DNA of 63,085 bases, the filler included, from Sanchytrium tribonematis (lineage: Eukaryota), in NCBI GenBank assembly GCA_018985235.1. It is 14 parts of 14 records of this genome, joined end to end, with 100 filler letters (N's around TTAATTAATTAA, not from the genome) between each part and the next. Parts side by side here need not be neighbours in the genome. Positions count along the whole stretch, not along the records: positions 9,683 to 31,259 come from JADGIG010000089.1; 13 more parts are not named here. One strand, 5' to 3'. Positions 9,740 through 21,138 of the stretch are shown here, one piece after another. The notes below the pieces were generated by a model, which worked only from the letters and a program-made list of their open reading frames with translations, searched no databases and was not told the origin of the DNA. Position numbers and translations under genes: made by a program. Position 1 is the stretch's first letter. Each line of letters starts with the position of its first letter.

Positions 9740-12700
9740 TCAATTTTTATTCAACTGGGATAAAAGAAGATTTTGGAGCTCTTCAAGAATAGATGCTTCA
9801 ATTTTAGGGAATAGGTAATTTTTGTTTAGCAATGCATAGCGAGGATGTAAACCAAAGTAATAAGAATCTTGCTTAAATTCGTAAATATACCTAGAAGCCA
9901 TCGATATCGGAATTTTAATACCTTCAGCATAAAGACTCTCAAAAACACTGTCACAATTTGCCTGACTATATTCTTGATTTAAGGCAAGCACTTTGTGTAC
10001 CCATGTATCTCCATTGATTTGCCCTTCTAGCTGCTTTTCAAATGGGTCCTCAGTTTTAATATTATGTAGAAAAAAAGTTAATAATACGTAATATGTGGCA
10101 TAAGTTCCAAATGTGTTATTAATTAAGCTGTATTTTATGGAATCTTGCAAAGACGGAAATCCATTTTTTAATAAAATTTGTAGAGCTTTCAGTAAAGCTT
10201 CCAAATTTTCTGGGTAAATAGTTTCAAGAGAATGACATTTCCAACCAATCGATCTTAACAAGGTTAGTGTGAAAAGATTTAAGACGTCTACTTTTCGCTC
10301 AGTGTACTCAGTATTCACAAACTCCATTATCTCTGCGGGCTTTCTTTTTCTGATAAGTTCTGAGAAGCAGTTCATGTTGTGCTCCAAATCAGTACTTTCC
10401 AAACAGTTTTCTATTTGTATTCTAAATGGGTTGATATTTTGAAATTCTTTTAGTATTTTCTTGTCCAAAATTTGATCGTTCTGCAAATACAAACGACTCT
10501 TTAAGCTGAGATTATAAATTTCATCAAAATACGATTGCTTTTTATAGTTTTGATTAGGGATAATAATGCTATCATTTGATGAGTTTTTGGGAAATTTTTT
10601 GAGAATATAACTTGAATCCATTCCATGCAATTTGCATATGATGGGCACCAGCGATTGGTGCTCATTTAAAACTGAAATAGTTTTATCTTCATCATAGTTA
10701 AGCAGAACTAGAAGGTCTGAGAAAGAAATTTGAAGTTTTCTTGATTGACTGAGTACTTCTAGCAGGTCTAAAATCAATTCTTGGCCCGTACAATTCATTA
10801 ATTTTTCACTATATTAATGCAAACTACTATTTTGTCCAGACTAACTCTGGCATTTGAAATAAGCTATAAATGTTATTCAAAACAATTTGCTTAAGGGAAA
10901 CTAGTTCCGTGGCCTGCAAAAATTTAACCAAATATTGAGAATATTGCAAATGAAATTTGTTTCTACAAAATGGGACTAAACTCAGTTGTACAATTGATAT
11001 TTTAAAAAATTGCATACTATTAAGAAAAGATTGCTTTTGTGAATGTAAATTTTCAATTTTAGAGTACAGCTGAAGCAAAAAATTGTAGTCACTCTCTTGA
11101 AGGTCTTTGAGAAAATAGTTTTTAAGCTCTGGTAAAATGCGTTGGATCATTTTAAAAGGATCTTCGATTAATTTAGATTTTAAATGCACATGATGATGTA
11201 ACAACATCAAAATTTCTAGAAATTGATATTTTGGCTCACTTTTATAAATAGCGAATAATGGCTCCAAGTAAAAATTACTTAGCTGGTCAAGACTAAGTTC
11301 ACTGCAGCGCTTATAAATGTTTGGAGCTAAAATTTTCGGGTCAATCGTAGTTGCAATTCTTGCAAATATCTCGGGGCTAAAGGGTACACATTTAACGACT
11401 TGGATCACTTCTTCAGTATTTAATTCCTTCAAAATATCTTCAAATAGAGGTTCTTGGATTTTGACTATTCCAATTGCCAGAAGTTCAATGTCTGACATTT
11501 TCAACAAATCTCGAGAAGTCTCATTAACACTCAAGGCAAAGTCTAAAAAAATACCATTTTGAGTTTGATTCAAAACATGCTTGAGTTCAGTTGTTGGAAA
11601 TTTAGACGAAAAACAAGCTTCAGCGCACTTTACTTCTTGAGATATTGGCAACAAGTTTCTAGTATCTTCGGAGCTAAAACTTAACTTGAAAATATCCACC
11701 GCGAAATTATATGCAGATACTTGCTGGGTTAAAGAGAAATAGGTCATCAACTCCTCGATTGAATATGAGCGAAATACACTGAAATATAGCGAAAAGTCAC
11801 TTGAATCATTTAAAAATTCAAGTGGGTCATAAATATGATTCAAAGGAATTTTTGGAATGTTCGTCTTTAAAAATTTTAGCCTTTTTTGAGAGTCTAATAA
11901 TATGGATTCAAACTTATCAACATAAATTTCATTCGTATTCAAAAGCTCTAGACCATATTTAATAAGTAATAAACATGATTCTAATGAATTTGGGACTCTC
12001 TGAATGGAAGACTGCAGTCTATATTCAATATCATCAATATTTGACAATAGTTGCGTGATACTTAATTCTGTGACGGCTGTTTGTTGCCATTGGACTTTCA
12101 ACACCTCACTTTGACTGATTCCCAATTGCTCTGCCATTTTTAAAGCCTCTCCATAATTTTTCGAAGATAATAATGACTCGTATATTTTATATGGGGTAGT
12201 CATCCCAACATCATAGATCTCATTTTCGTGTGTATAAATGTCATCGCGACTATTATCATCAAATTGCCATAGTAAAATAGAAATGATATATTCAAAAATG
12301 TAAAATATTAAATTATACAGCGTGGTTTCTTCTTCCACAGACTTTAAAATAGAATGGGAATTCCAAAAATATAAGTTTTTTCCAGATAAGAATTTTTCAC
12401 CATTGAGCTCGATATTGCTAATAAAATCTATCTCTTCAAAATTTTCATCAAGCATTACCAATGGGCTAGAATCGTTATAGTTTAAAAATTTTGAATCAAT
12501 GGGAAATAGTTGAGAATACTTTAATTTTAATTTTTGTTCGCCTTTAGACACAAATTCATTAACACAAAAATATCCATCACCTATAGACGAACTCATAGAA
12601 TTTGTTGGAATGCTCAATATATTTAATGGATCCAAGTGATATGGATACTCTAATATCAAATTGTGCATATTTTTGATATCTAATTGCAAAATTTCACTGT

Positions 12701-13358
12701 TTTGCAGCGACTTTAGATTTTTAGCAGTAATCAGATTTAATTTATCGTCTTTGATGGATGAATTTAGAATAAACATGTCTAATTCGTAGATTCCTTGTAG
12801 AAGTGGTACTTCATAAGTTATGCCTAACCACAAAAGCTGTCCTGCATAAGTTGTCATGATGAGGTCATTTTCAAGCCAGACTAGATGCACAGGGCACGTA
12901 ACTCGGCTAAATCCCTCTTCAGCTTTCGTCAAATATTTGTTTACCAATGTCAAATAGACATTGACTTGATACAATAATTTGGCTGTTTCAATAATGTAAC
13001 ACTTTAAATGCCCAAGACTATTGATATATATAAATGAATCATCTTTAATAATAATTTGAGCAAATTCTGGAAACGGATCAATATCGATGGCAATATTGTG
13101 CAATGTGTACCATTTATCTCGTTTTCTCGCCTTAACCACTAGTTCCTCAACACTAGCAATGATAACAAGCTCATTAGTACTAGCAACTGGATAAGGTGTA
13201 CTCGGAACATAAAATGGTGCGATGCTTGAAAAATTGTATCTTTCAAATGTCCTCCAAAAATTGCTTTGCTTATATTCTTCAAACTGAAGTTTCAATTTTG
13301 CCTGATTTGCCGTTGATACGCTAAATTGAAATTTCTTGGAGATTTCTAAATAAGACAT
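9740..13358 (-). CDS. NBAS: NBAS/Sec39-like ER-tethering protein, about 1199 aa; exons 13358-10828 and 10808-9740
   Basis: YESLLSSKNYGEALKMAEQLGI..VLKVQWQ...QRVPNSLESCLLLIKYGL resembles the NBAS core. The two track ORFs join in frame through a 19-nt intron (3600 nt total). Confidence 0.75.
10809..10827 (-). other. 19-nt intron (phase 2) in the NBAS-like gene
   Basis: GTAGTTTGCATTAATATAG. Splicing gives WTK-Y-EKL-MNCTGQ, fusing the 862-aa and 352-aa ORFs. Confidence 0.85.
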
Positions 13359-13377
13359 GGGGTTTAACTGAAGCAAA

Positions 13378-14454
13378 ATGGACAAGGATCTTTTATTGCG
13401 AATTTCAAAGATCAAAGCAATTCAAATATTATTAATGCTAATAATTTCACTGTCAATTGTGCCTTTTGACAGGTCTAAGGATGGACTACTTGTTTGGGAC
13501 GCAATTCATTTTAAAAACATACTAATGCATGGATACGAATTCGAACACGCATTGGCTTTCATGCCAGGACTTCCTATTTTGGTATTTGCGATTCATTCAT
13601 TCTTTTGGTATTTTCCAATCATTTTAGTTGGAATAATCATTGTGAATATTTGCCATGTATTAGCTGCCTATGTCTTGCAAAAACTTGCAGAAAAATTAGG
13701 CATAAATGGAAATGTATGGATTCTTTACTTATTCACACCGCAAGTGTACATATTAAGCACTCTATATTCAGAGTTCCCATTCTCATTGGTAACCTTTTTA
13801 GGTATATACGCAATCCATTCCGGAAAATTGCTTACTTCTATTTTGTATTTTACTCTCGCGAGTGCTTTTAGATCAAATGGAATAATCAATTTGGGTTTTA
13901 TCATTTGGTATTTTTTGAGTCGAATTTTGAAAAAGTCTGTGACAATATCAGATTTACTTTACTTTTCCATTGGTAGCATCCTTATACCCATGCCTTTTAT
14001 TGCTTTTCAATATTACGCTGCTTTGATGTATTGTCCTGGGCGTCCTTGGTGCGAAAATTTATTTTCTTATGGATACATTCAAAATCACTACTGGCAATCT
14101 GGATTATTCATGTATTTCACAAAAAACAACATACCTATGTTTTTAATAGTAGCACCGATACTTTTTGTAATTTTATGGATATTGCCGTACTTTGCCAGAC
14201 TTCATTACAGAGCTTGGAACTTAGCAATGTTATTTTGTAATCCATTAACTCCACATGTTGTTCTCTTATTGTTTCTTTTGATTTATGGCACTTTTGCAAT
14301 GCACGTTAATACCTTGCTGCGCTTGCTCACCTCTATTCCATCATTTTATTTCATATTGAATTCAGCGATTAGCAATTATAGGGTAAAATTACTGTATAGC
14401 TTATATTTTGGACTTACTATGGTAACGAATGCTGCCTTTCTTCCGCCTGCTTAA
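13378..14454 (+). CDS. GPI18: GPI mannosyltransferase II (PIG-V/Gpi18)
   Basis: WDAIHF, YEFEHALAFMPGLP, LYSE, FRSNG, YIQNHYW..GLFMYF..NNIPMF, C-terminal AFLPPA. Confidence 0.92.
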   Translation: MDKDLLLRISKIKAIQILLMLIISLSIVPFDRSKDGLLVWDAIHFKNILMHGYEFEHALAFMPGLPILVFAIHSFFWYFPIILVGIIIVNICHVLAAYVLQKLAEKLGINGNVWILYLFTPQVYILSTLYSEFPFSLVTFLGIYAIHSGKLLTSILYFTLASAFRSNGIINLGFIIWYFLSRILKKSVTISDLLYFSIGSILIPMPFIAFQYYAALMYCPGRPWCENLFSYGYIQNHYWQSGLFMYFTKNNIPMFLIVAPILFVILWILPYFARLHYRAWNLAMLFCNPLTPHVVLLLFLLIYGTFAMHVNTLLRLLTSIPSFYFILNSAISNYRVKLLYSLYFGLTMVTNAAFLPPA

Positions 14455-14518
14455 ATAAATTATGGTTACCAGATAACTACGAGCCGCAGTTTAAATCTCC
14501 TTGAACTCTTAAAAATAA

Positions 14519-16267
14519 ATGTCAAACTTTTTTTCAATAGATGTAAAATTTGAAAAACATTCTATCATACACATTAAGGATCCTACTGCTAAAGAACTTC
14601 ACGAGGATGAGATTGATAAATTAATCAAAAGGGTTGATATTGAGGAAGAATTAGGAGGATTTGTAGAAGATAAAAAAGTTACATCAGTCAGCAATGAATT
14701 CAATCGATTTTTTGCTTGGAAAGGTTCAGGTCCTATTAAGATGGGCAAAAACATCAAGGGACAAAGCATCGAAGATATTCCTCCATTACGTCAAATTAGC
14801 CTAGAATATGATTTAAATAAGCCAATGAAGCGAATAAGAACGCCTGAAGCTCCTGATTCTACAGAAGCTCCTTTGAAAAAATTGAAAGTCTCTCAGGATT
14901 CTGACCATACTGTTGCAACTCCACCTTCAAACAAAGTTGTTGAGAGTAAAAATAAGCCAAAAGAGAGCCTACTCCAAAGGCCTAAAAAAATAGCGAAAAA
15001 ACCTGTAGTTAAGAAAAAAACAAATGGGGATAAAATTGGAAAATTTATGAATTCCCTGAAAAGCGATAAATTACAATTGCCTCCTACTGAAATCCAAAAA
15101 GTACATAATACAAGTGCACCAATACCGAATGAAAGCAAAATACCACTACCACCACTGGATGTTCAAATAGATGAGAAAAGAAATTATGCTGCTAAGAAAA
15201 ACCTACAGCGGCCAAAAGGTTCTTTAACGCCACTCTTACCGAAAAAGAAAGAATCTCCTATTAAATCTATGGACCAAAAAACACACAAAGATAAATTTGA
15301 AGATCTGATAACTATCGCAGAGTTGCTGGAAGAGTTCGATTTCAAGTATAGTAATTTTTCACATATGACAGTCGAGATAGAGAATGCTATAGATGGTCTG
15401 ATTAAGAGACTCATTACTTCTATATATGAAATTCCATCTATTTTATTTGAAAGATTAAGTTCAATATCAGCAATTCCCAAAGAATCGCTCTCAAGATACA
15501 TATGTGATAAGTCAGTTCAAAAGTTTGCAAATAGTGTTGAAAGTGAACTCCAAGAAGCATTGACCCTTCTCGAACGACATTTGAATTCATTTGCACAGAA
15601 TCAAAAGATCAAATTAAGTGGTGAAATCCGCACCGTAGCTCTGAAAGTTGTTCAAGGATTTTTAGCTTTTATTTATCTAAAGTCTTGTGCCAACTGCTAT
15701 GAAAATGGGGTCTTTGTGCTTTACAATGATCGAAAAATAAGGCAAAATGCAATTGATGAGGCATTTGAATATTTCAAAAATCACGTGGAACGAAAGCGAC
15801 TGCAGAAGCTCTTGAGTGAGGAAAAAAGGAAATACAAGAACCGTTTTACTGATCAGGATTCACTGCAAAATTCTTCCATGAACCAGGATGTTGAGCCTTC
15901 TTCACCTTTTAAAATAATGACTGGTATTAAAAATGCAAATACATCTCCGTCGCAACTTAAAAATATGCAACAACCTATCGCACCTTTCAAATCTACCGCA
16001 ACGGGACACACTTTGCCTGTAGAAAAAATTGCCTCGGCTCATGATGAATTTGGTGACAATTCAAGTCTTCCCACTTTCCAACAAAACATTAGTCCTTTGC
16101 CACCATCTACGTCAAATTCACACAAAATTTTAGACGAGATTGATAAATATAAAAAGAACGCACAGCAAAAGCCAACCCAAACTCTACCACCTTATGCTGC
16201 ATTTGCTGTAGAAAATTTGAGGAAAAAGAAATCTAAAAAGCCCAAAATAATTGATCTTACAAAATAA
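14519..16267 (+). CDS. Hypothetical Lys/Pro-rich, probably nuclear protein
   Basis: 582-aa ORF with basic NLS-like stretches. CTCCTTGAA lies upstream. Confidence 0.7.
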   Translation: MSNFFSIDVKFEKHSIIHIKDPTAKELHEDEIDKLIKRVDIEEELGGFVEDKKVTSVSNEFNRFFAWKGSGPIKMGKNIKGQSIEDIPPLRQISLEYDLNKPMKRIRTPEAPDSTEAPLKKLKVSQDSDHTVATPPSNKVVESKNKPKESLLQRPKKIAKKPVVKKKTNGDKIGKFMNSLKSDKLQLPPTEIQKVHNTSAPIPNESKIPLPPLDVQIDEKRNYAAKKNLQRPKGSLTPLLPKKKESPIKSMDQKTHKDKFEDLITIAELLEEFDFKYSNFSHMTVEIENAIDGLIKRLITSIYEIPSILFERLSSISAIPKESLSRYICDKSVQKFANSVESELQEALTLLERHLNSFAQNQKIKLSGEIRTVALKVVQGFLAFIYLKSCANCYENGVFVLYNDRKIRQNAIDEAFEYFKNHVERKRLQKLLSEEKRKYKNRFTDQDSLQNSSMNQDVEPSSPFKIMTGIKNANTSPSQLKNMQQPIAPFKSTATGHTLPVEKIASAHDEFGDNSSLPTFQQNISPLPPSTSNSHKILDEIDKYKKNAQQKPTQTLPPYAAFAVENLRKKKSKKPKIIDLTK

Positions 16268-16277
16268 TTAATTATAT

Positions 16278-16634
16278 TTATGACGTCATTGAATCATTTT
16301 TAAAATTTTCGGTTGCCAAACCGACTGCTAATTCTGCTTCCTTCTGAGTATATGCTCCCTCTTTAATCTGTTTCAATCTGCGCTTATGCGGTTTGCCTTT
16401 TGTGTGCTTTTCAAGTGTAAATTGATCCAAGAAGCAACGGTCACATTCTACGCATGGGTATTCTCCCATTCCAACTTTTTCCAGATCTTTGTATCCTTCT
16501 ATAGCCTTTGGTTTGTTTTGCAAACGCTCTGAAATCTGGTCTATATCCATTGTTCGTCGTTTTGTTTTGTTTCTTTTATAAACTGCACGGATACTAGCAC
16601 CTGTTTTCTTTTTTCTAGATTGAGGTTTTCCCAT
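16278..16634 (-). CDS. BUD20: Bud20/ZNF593 60S biogenesis zinc-finger protein
   Basis: KTKRRTMDIDQI, GMGEYPCVECDRCF, HTKGKPHKRRLKQI..AYTQKEAELAVG. Confidence 0.93.
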   Translation of the reverse strand: MGKPQSRKKKTGASIRAVYKRNKTKRRTMDIDQISERLQNKPKAIEGYKDLEKVGMGEYPCVECDRCFLDQFTLEKHTKGKPHKRRLKQIKEGAYTQKEAELAVGLATENFKNDSMTS

Positions 16635-16782
16635 GTGATCTCCGTGATAAAAAAAATTAATTATTAGGAATTCTAATTAAAGATGTTATGGCACTATGCT
16701 TATTGTAAATGTTATCAATTGGCTATCAATAAATTGAATTGTAAGATTTTAAACTACTTGTAGCTTTCAACCACTTCAAACA

Positions 16783-17124
16783 ATGTTTAGGCGATTTCTT
16801 AGTGATACAACTAAGTCAAAAATCGAGAATTTAATTAAATCAAATGACGTGTTTGTGTTTATGAAAGGTGTTCCAAGTGCGCCAGCTTGCGGGTTTTCCC
16901 AAGCAGTCATTCAAATGTTAAAAGCGCACAATATTACTCCAGCATATTTAAATGTCTTAGAAGATGATGATGTTCGAGAAGGCATCAAAGAATTCAGTAA
17001 CTGGCCCACAATTCCTCAAGTCTTTGTTAAGTCAGAGTTCCTAGGGGGAACTGACATTTTGTTGTCAATGTTTAAAAGCGGCGAATTGGAAGATTTACTG
17101 AAGGAGAAGAAGATCATTAAGTAA
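16783..17124 (+). CDS. GRX5: Mitochondrial monothiol glutaredoxin Grx5
   Basis: VFVFMKG.P..P.CGFS and [16 protein letters not shown], with a short Arg-rich presequence. Confidence 0.95.
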   Translation: MFRRFLSDTTKSKIENLIKSNDVFVFMKGVPSAPACGFSQAVIQMLKAHNITPAYLNVLEDDDVREGIKEFSNWPTIPQVFVKSEFLGGTDILLSMFKSGELEDLLKEKKIIK

Positions 17125-17174
17125 TTAAGCGAATCGTCTTAGTATAATAAATATTATATAATCCTCCTTCGAAC

Positions 17175-19052
17175 ATGACAACTAATCTTTCCAATCTTTT
17201 CTCATCCGATCTTGAGATACAGAAGCAATCGATTTTATCTCTGCAAACGAATTTAGAATCTAATTCTGACAAGAGAAAATATGTTAAAATTTTGATGCAT
17301 TTAACCTTAGAATCCCGTCAAGTTATTCGCAGAATGGCTGCTAATGCAATTGCAGCAATAATTCCAACTCTTGACATATCAAACGACTTTAAACAACTTG
17401 AGTCATTAGCTCAACATTTCATATTACAGACAAGCCCGGCTTGCCGAATCGCGGCCATAACAATTTGGTTTACAATGGCTAAACAGTCCAAATCCTCCCA
17501 CATTATTGATTTCCTCTATGACACAATATCAAATGTCGCACTTGATCCATCAATATTGGTCAGAGAGCATGTTTATGAATGTCTTTCCAATTTTACAGAT
17601 ATAACCGAAAGCTACAAGCTTTACACAATAGAATTTCGTCCTAGAGAACGGGAATACGTCAATATGAAGGGTGACTTGAGAAAGCAAATTCCGGAACTAT
17701 CGAACCCGGGCTTGTTTGGCGTAATTTTACAAGGCTTGGAAGATGAATCTGTTAAAGTACGCATGTTTGCATTAGAATGCATCGGAAAACTTTGCAAGAG
17801 CTCTGAAAACTTTACAAGTGAGGTTTTATACCTTGTTATTGACCAATTCGGCGACGCCAATCATTCTGTTAGAATCAAAGCTTCTGAGATATTCCTATTT
17901 GTAATGAAATCCTACAAATTAACTTTATTCCCTGATGACATAGACCCTATGAGTAAAGTGATTAGATCCCCACTGTTAGATTTGCGTCAAAACATTATGA
18001 ATTCGCTCAAGTACGCTAAATTATGCTCCTTTGAAGATCTTCTTGATATTATAAATAGTCTATGCTATGCTGCTCAACTGCACACTAGTGAAAAAGAATC
18101 ATTTATGCGATGCGCAAATTTTTTAGGAAAGAACAACCCCCAATTGGCTCCCAGATTAATTGCTGAATGTAGAAATATCAGGGAAACATATGACTTAGAT
18201 TTAATTTCAGACCTTATACCACTTGCTGCATTTTTTAATATCAGTGAGAAGTTTTGCCATGCTTATGAAGGGGAATTTTTGGTATTTAAGTCAAAATATC
18301 CAAGTTACTTGTCTGATAAATTTTCAGACACAACATTACAAAGATACATTTACTCGTTGAACAAATACCATTTCGATAACGACAAAGGAATATTGATTGA
18401 TGTACAAGAGCAAATTTTCGAGAACCCAAGAAACAAAGATTCATACAAATTTCTCATCTTAATAATTGAAATGCTATTAGATTGGGAAGGTTATCTAGAG
18501 TATTCGAATTCAGCAATATTTTGCTATTATAATTGCAATAGAGTATTGGAAATTTTTGAGGTGCTCATCAAGGAAAATGTATCTCAAATTGATTTTGTTT
18601 CCCGATTATTTCCATTGAAAAATGACATATCAGAAATTAGAAAATATGAGATCGACTTTGATTATAAAATGAGTAGTGACATAAGCCCAATACAAATGTA
18701 CTACTGCTTGCCAAATTCAATGGACTTTACAGTTTTAGTACCGAAACATTTTCAAAAATTGGAAATCTGTTGCAGATTCTCAATCGAAGACACCGAACTT
18801 AAATATAGCCCAAGGTGCCGAAAGATTAAATTTTCAGGAGAGATAGAATATAATTTTAGAATTCCTTTGAAATTTGATAAACCCACCTTTGGAACAATTA
18901 TAATATCGACAACCTTTTATTGTTCTGAATCTTTTGATAGGCATATTCAACATATTTCTTCAGTCACTTCGTCTACTATAAGTGAATACGAGCGCTCATG
19001 GTTCCCAATTGCAGAGAGAATCGACCACTTTGTAATTGCACATCCAATTTAA
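17175..19052 (+). CDS. INTS4: Integrator subunit 4-like HEAT-repeat protein
   Basis: GVILQGLEDESVKVRMFALECIGKL...LVIDQFGDANHSVRIKA matches the INTS4 GLEDE..EVR / LVDMFNDE..VR block. Confidence 0.7.
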   Translation: MTTNLSNLFSSDLEIQKQSILSLQTNLESNSDKRKYVKILMHLTLESRQVIRRMAANAIAAIIPTLDISNDFKQLESLAQHFILQTSPACRIAAITIWFTMAKQSKSSHIIDFLYDTISNVALDPSILVREHVYECLSNFTDITESYKLYTIEFRPREREYVNMKGDLRKQIPELSNPGLFGVILQGLEDESVKVRMFALECIGKLCKSSENFTSEVLYLVIDQFGDANHSVRIKASEIFLFVMKSYKLTLFPDDIDPMSKVIRSPLLDLRQNIMNSLKYAKLCSFEDLLDIINSLCYAAQLHTSEKESFMRCANFLGKNNPQLAPRLIAECRNIRETYDLDLISDLIPLAAFFNISEKFCHAYEGEFLVFKSKYPSYLSDKFSDTTLQRYIYSLNKYHFDNDKGILIDVQEQIFENPRNKDSYKFLILIIEMLLDWEGYLEYSNSAIFCYYNCNRVLEIFEVLIKENVSQIDFVSRLFPLKNDISEIRKYEIDFDYKMSSDISPIQMYYCLPNSMDFTVLVPKHFQKLEICCRFSIEDTELKYSPRCRKIKFSGEIEYNFRIPLKFDKPTFGTIIISTTFYCSESFDRHIQHISSVTSSTISEYERSWFPIAERIDHFVIAHPI

Positions 19053-19226
19053 AATCTGTATATCTTGCATACCTGAATCTTTTCTACATATAATTGCAAA
19101 AAGACTGTCCGGCTGCTGAAAGTAAAGATGATTATATGAAAACTATTGATCAATTAGCGCAAAATAAAAATAAATGTATTTGTTTACAAACAACCTCCGC
19201 AAAATGCTGGTTAATTTTGATTGGGC

Positions 19227-19273
19227 AAAAACACGTGAAGTAAATAATGCTTCAGTAAAAACACGTGAAGTAA
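19227..19273 (+). promoter_or_regulatory. Direct repeat AAAAACACGTGAAGTAA x2 (E-box CACGTG) upstream of RPP1
   Basis: Identical 17-mers at 19227-19243 and 19257-19273, with a 30-nt period, ending 32 nt before the RPP1 ATG. Confidence 0.6.
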
Positions 19274-19305
19274 GTCGTTGTCAGCGGTAGCTTAAATAGA
19301 TTACG

Positions 19306-19626
19306 ATGGATTCAAAAGGAAAAGCTTGTGCGTTAGCTGCATTAATCTTACAAGATTCAGGAATTGATGTAACCTCAGAAGGTATTTTATCAATCTTAAA
19401 AGTTGCCAAAGTTGAAGTTGAGCCAATTTGGGCTAACATCTTTTCGAAAGCATTAGATGGTGTGGATGTTAAAGAATTATTATCCAACTTTTCAAGTGCT
19501 CCTGCCCCTGGTGGTGGCGCTCCTGCAGCCGGTGGTCAAGGTGCAGCCCCTGCAGCTGAAGAGAAAAAAGAAGAAGAAGCAAAAGAAGAATCTGACGATG
19601 ATATGGGATTCGGATTGTTTGATTAA
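19306..19626 (+). CDS. RPP1: 60S acidic ribosomal protein P1
   Basis: [20 protein letters not shown], Ala/Gly hinge, C-terminal [13 protein letters not shown]. Confidence 0.97.
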   Translation: MDSKGKACALAALILQDSGIDVTSEGILSILKVAKVEVEPIWANIFSKALDGVDVKELLSNFSSAPAPGGGAPAAGGQGAAPAAEEKKEEEAKEESDDDMGFGLFD

Positions 19627-19658
19627 ATAAATCTTTAAATATACATTTCTCCTTGAAT

Positions 19659-19820
19659 ATGGCCAAAAAAAGACTGAAGACTATGTTTGTTCAGCTAATT
19701 TCAACTGCAAAGACGGGATATTCTTACACAACTAAAAGAAATCGACTAAAAGATAAATTAGAACTAATCAAATTTGACCCGATGGTAAATAAGCATGTTG
19801 TTTTTAAAGAAAAACGATAA
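19659..19820 (+). CDS. MRPL33: Mitochondrial ribosomal protein bL33m, 53 aa (not in the ORF track)
   Basis: MAKKRLKTMFVQLISTAKTGYSYTTKRNRLKDKLELIKFDPMVNKHVVFKEKR* is a typical bL33. CTCCTTGAA precedes the ATG and the stop is in TAAATAAA. Confidence 0.92.
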   Translation: MAKKRLKTMFVQLISTAKTGYSYTTKRNRLKDKLELIKFDPMVNKHVVFKEKR

Positions 19821-19833
19821 ATAAAAAGTTTAA

Positions 19834-21100
19834 TTATGCTGTAATAATATCTCCAAAATTATCTTCTTGATGAAGATCAAAATTTGAGCTAAGCAAATTC
19901 ACAAAGGCACTGGCTGCCTGAAAGCGAGAAAAGTTCTTTGTTCTTTCAAAAAAGGAATCACCTTTACACCAATTTAAATTTTCTTTTGTCAAAGGAACAG
20001 TCATCAAAGGGTTATCTAGAGCAGTCTTATTTTCCAAATTAGCCGTACCTATTTCAAAAGCATCTATTACAGAGCTTGAAATTGGCTCTGCAAAGTCGAA
20101 TTGCTCTTCAAATGCAGGCAATTCAATTGAATTTTCTGATTTTTGGTGTGCATCTGTCAAAAATTCCTCAATCTGGCGATACGGTCGATGGGTCATATTT
20201 TGACCAAATTTTTTCAAATTTAACAATTCCATACTTTGATCGATGTTAAGTGGATCAAAAAGTGAGACTTCTGCACCTAGATCTATAGTGACAATTTTTT
20301 CAATGATTTTATCAAAATATTTCCTGCCTACCGATCCGCTTTGCTTCGAAATGGTTCTTTTTCTTTTCTTGTATTTTTTAGAGTTGCTAAATTAGAAAGA
20401 AAAACCTATCAATATTTTTTAAAAAATTGTTCGACTTGAGGTCGTCTGGAATCCCAGATATTTTGGAGATCTCAAGTTGCAAATCTGGCAATGATTCTTG
20501 AGTAGATTTTAGCTCGGAGTGAGCCCTTTCTTCAGAGAGAAGTTGTTGCTCCAGGTCCAAAGGAATGGGTAATATACTGTTGTCCGGCAAATCGAAGACT
20601 GGTAACGCTTCTCCCACTGAACCTCGTCTTCCAACTTCGATCGAGTCGTCGTTTTTGGTATTTCCTAGACTCAAATCAAAATTTAACTGCTCGTCATTCA
20701 AGTCAATACCTCGATTAATTTCAATACTGGGTAAGGATTTTGCAGACAAGCTAATAGATTCTAGCAGCTGGTCGTCATCTATTTGGAGTTGACCCTCGCT
20801 TAAATCAAAATCAAGTTGAGGCATATGTTTTTCCTTTTTTCTTTTACCAAACATACTACGATCGGTAGCTACTGTACAATCATTCAGCAAAAATGCAGCT
20901 TGTTTTTCGTATAATTTATGTAAGCCCAAAAGTAAATATGCGCTAAGTCTTAGCGCAAATGATCCCGAAATAATATCTTTACATGCGGTATCAATATCGC
21001 AATGTACCGCTTCTTTCTTTTTGATCGATTTTGTGTTGTGAGCGGCTAACCAAATTAGCGAAAGCGAGCCATCGCCAATTAGATGGCTGGTATAAAACAT
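19834..21100 (-). CDS. RAD21: Alpha-kleisin cohesin subunit (Rad21/Mcd1/Rec8 family), 415 aa; exons 21100-20406 and 20386-19834
   Basis: N-terminal MFY...LSLIWLAAH...ALRLSAYLLLGL and C-terminal SRFQAASAFVNLL...HQEDNFGDII, joined in frame by a 19-nt intron. Rad21 versus Rec8 is not resolved. Confidence 0.85.
20387..20405 (-). other. 19-nt intron (phase 2) in the kleisin gene
   Basis: GTTTTTCTTTCTAATTTAG. Removal opens 51 further codons that run in frame into the C-terminal ORF. Confidence 0.88.
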
Positions 21101-21138
21101 TTGTTTCGAAAATTTTGGCAAATTTGAAATATTATTTC

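Noticed and set aside
10827..10845. Alternative 19-nt intron GTTAGTCTGGACAAAATAG in NBAS (minus strand)
   Set aside because: It lacks YTHAY and leads to a stop within four codons. The adjacent 10809-10827 candidate fits both consensus and frame.
19306..19626. Alternative genetic code (TAA/TAG = Gln, or TGA = Trp) to explain the broken ORFs
   Set aside because: TAA ends RPP1 exactly at GFGLFD and TGA ends IFT81 at its conserved terminus. The breaks in conserved genes change frame, so readthrough would not fix them.
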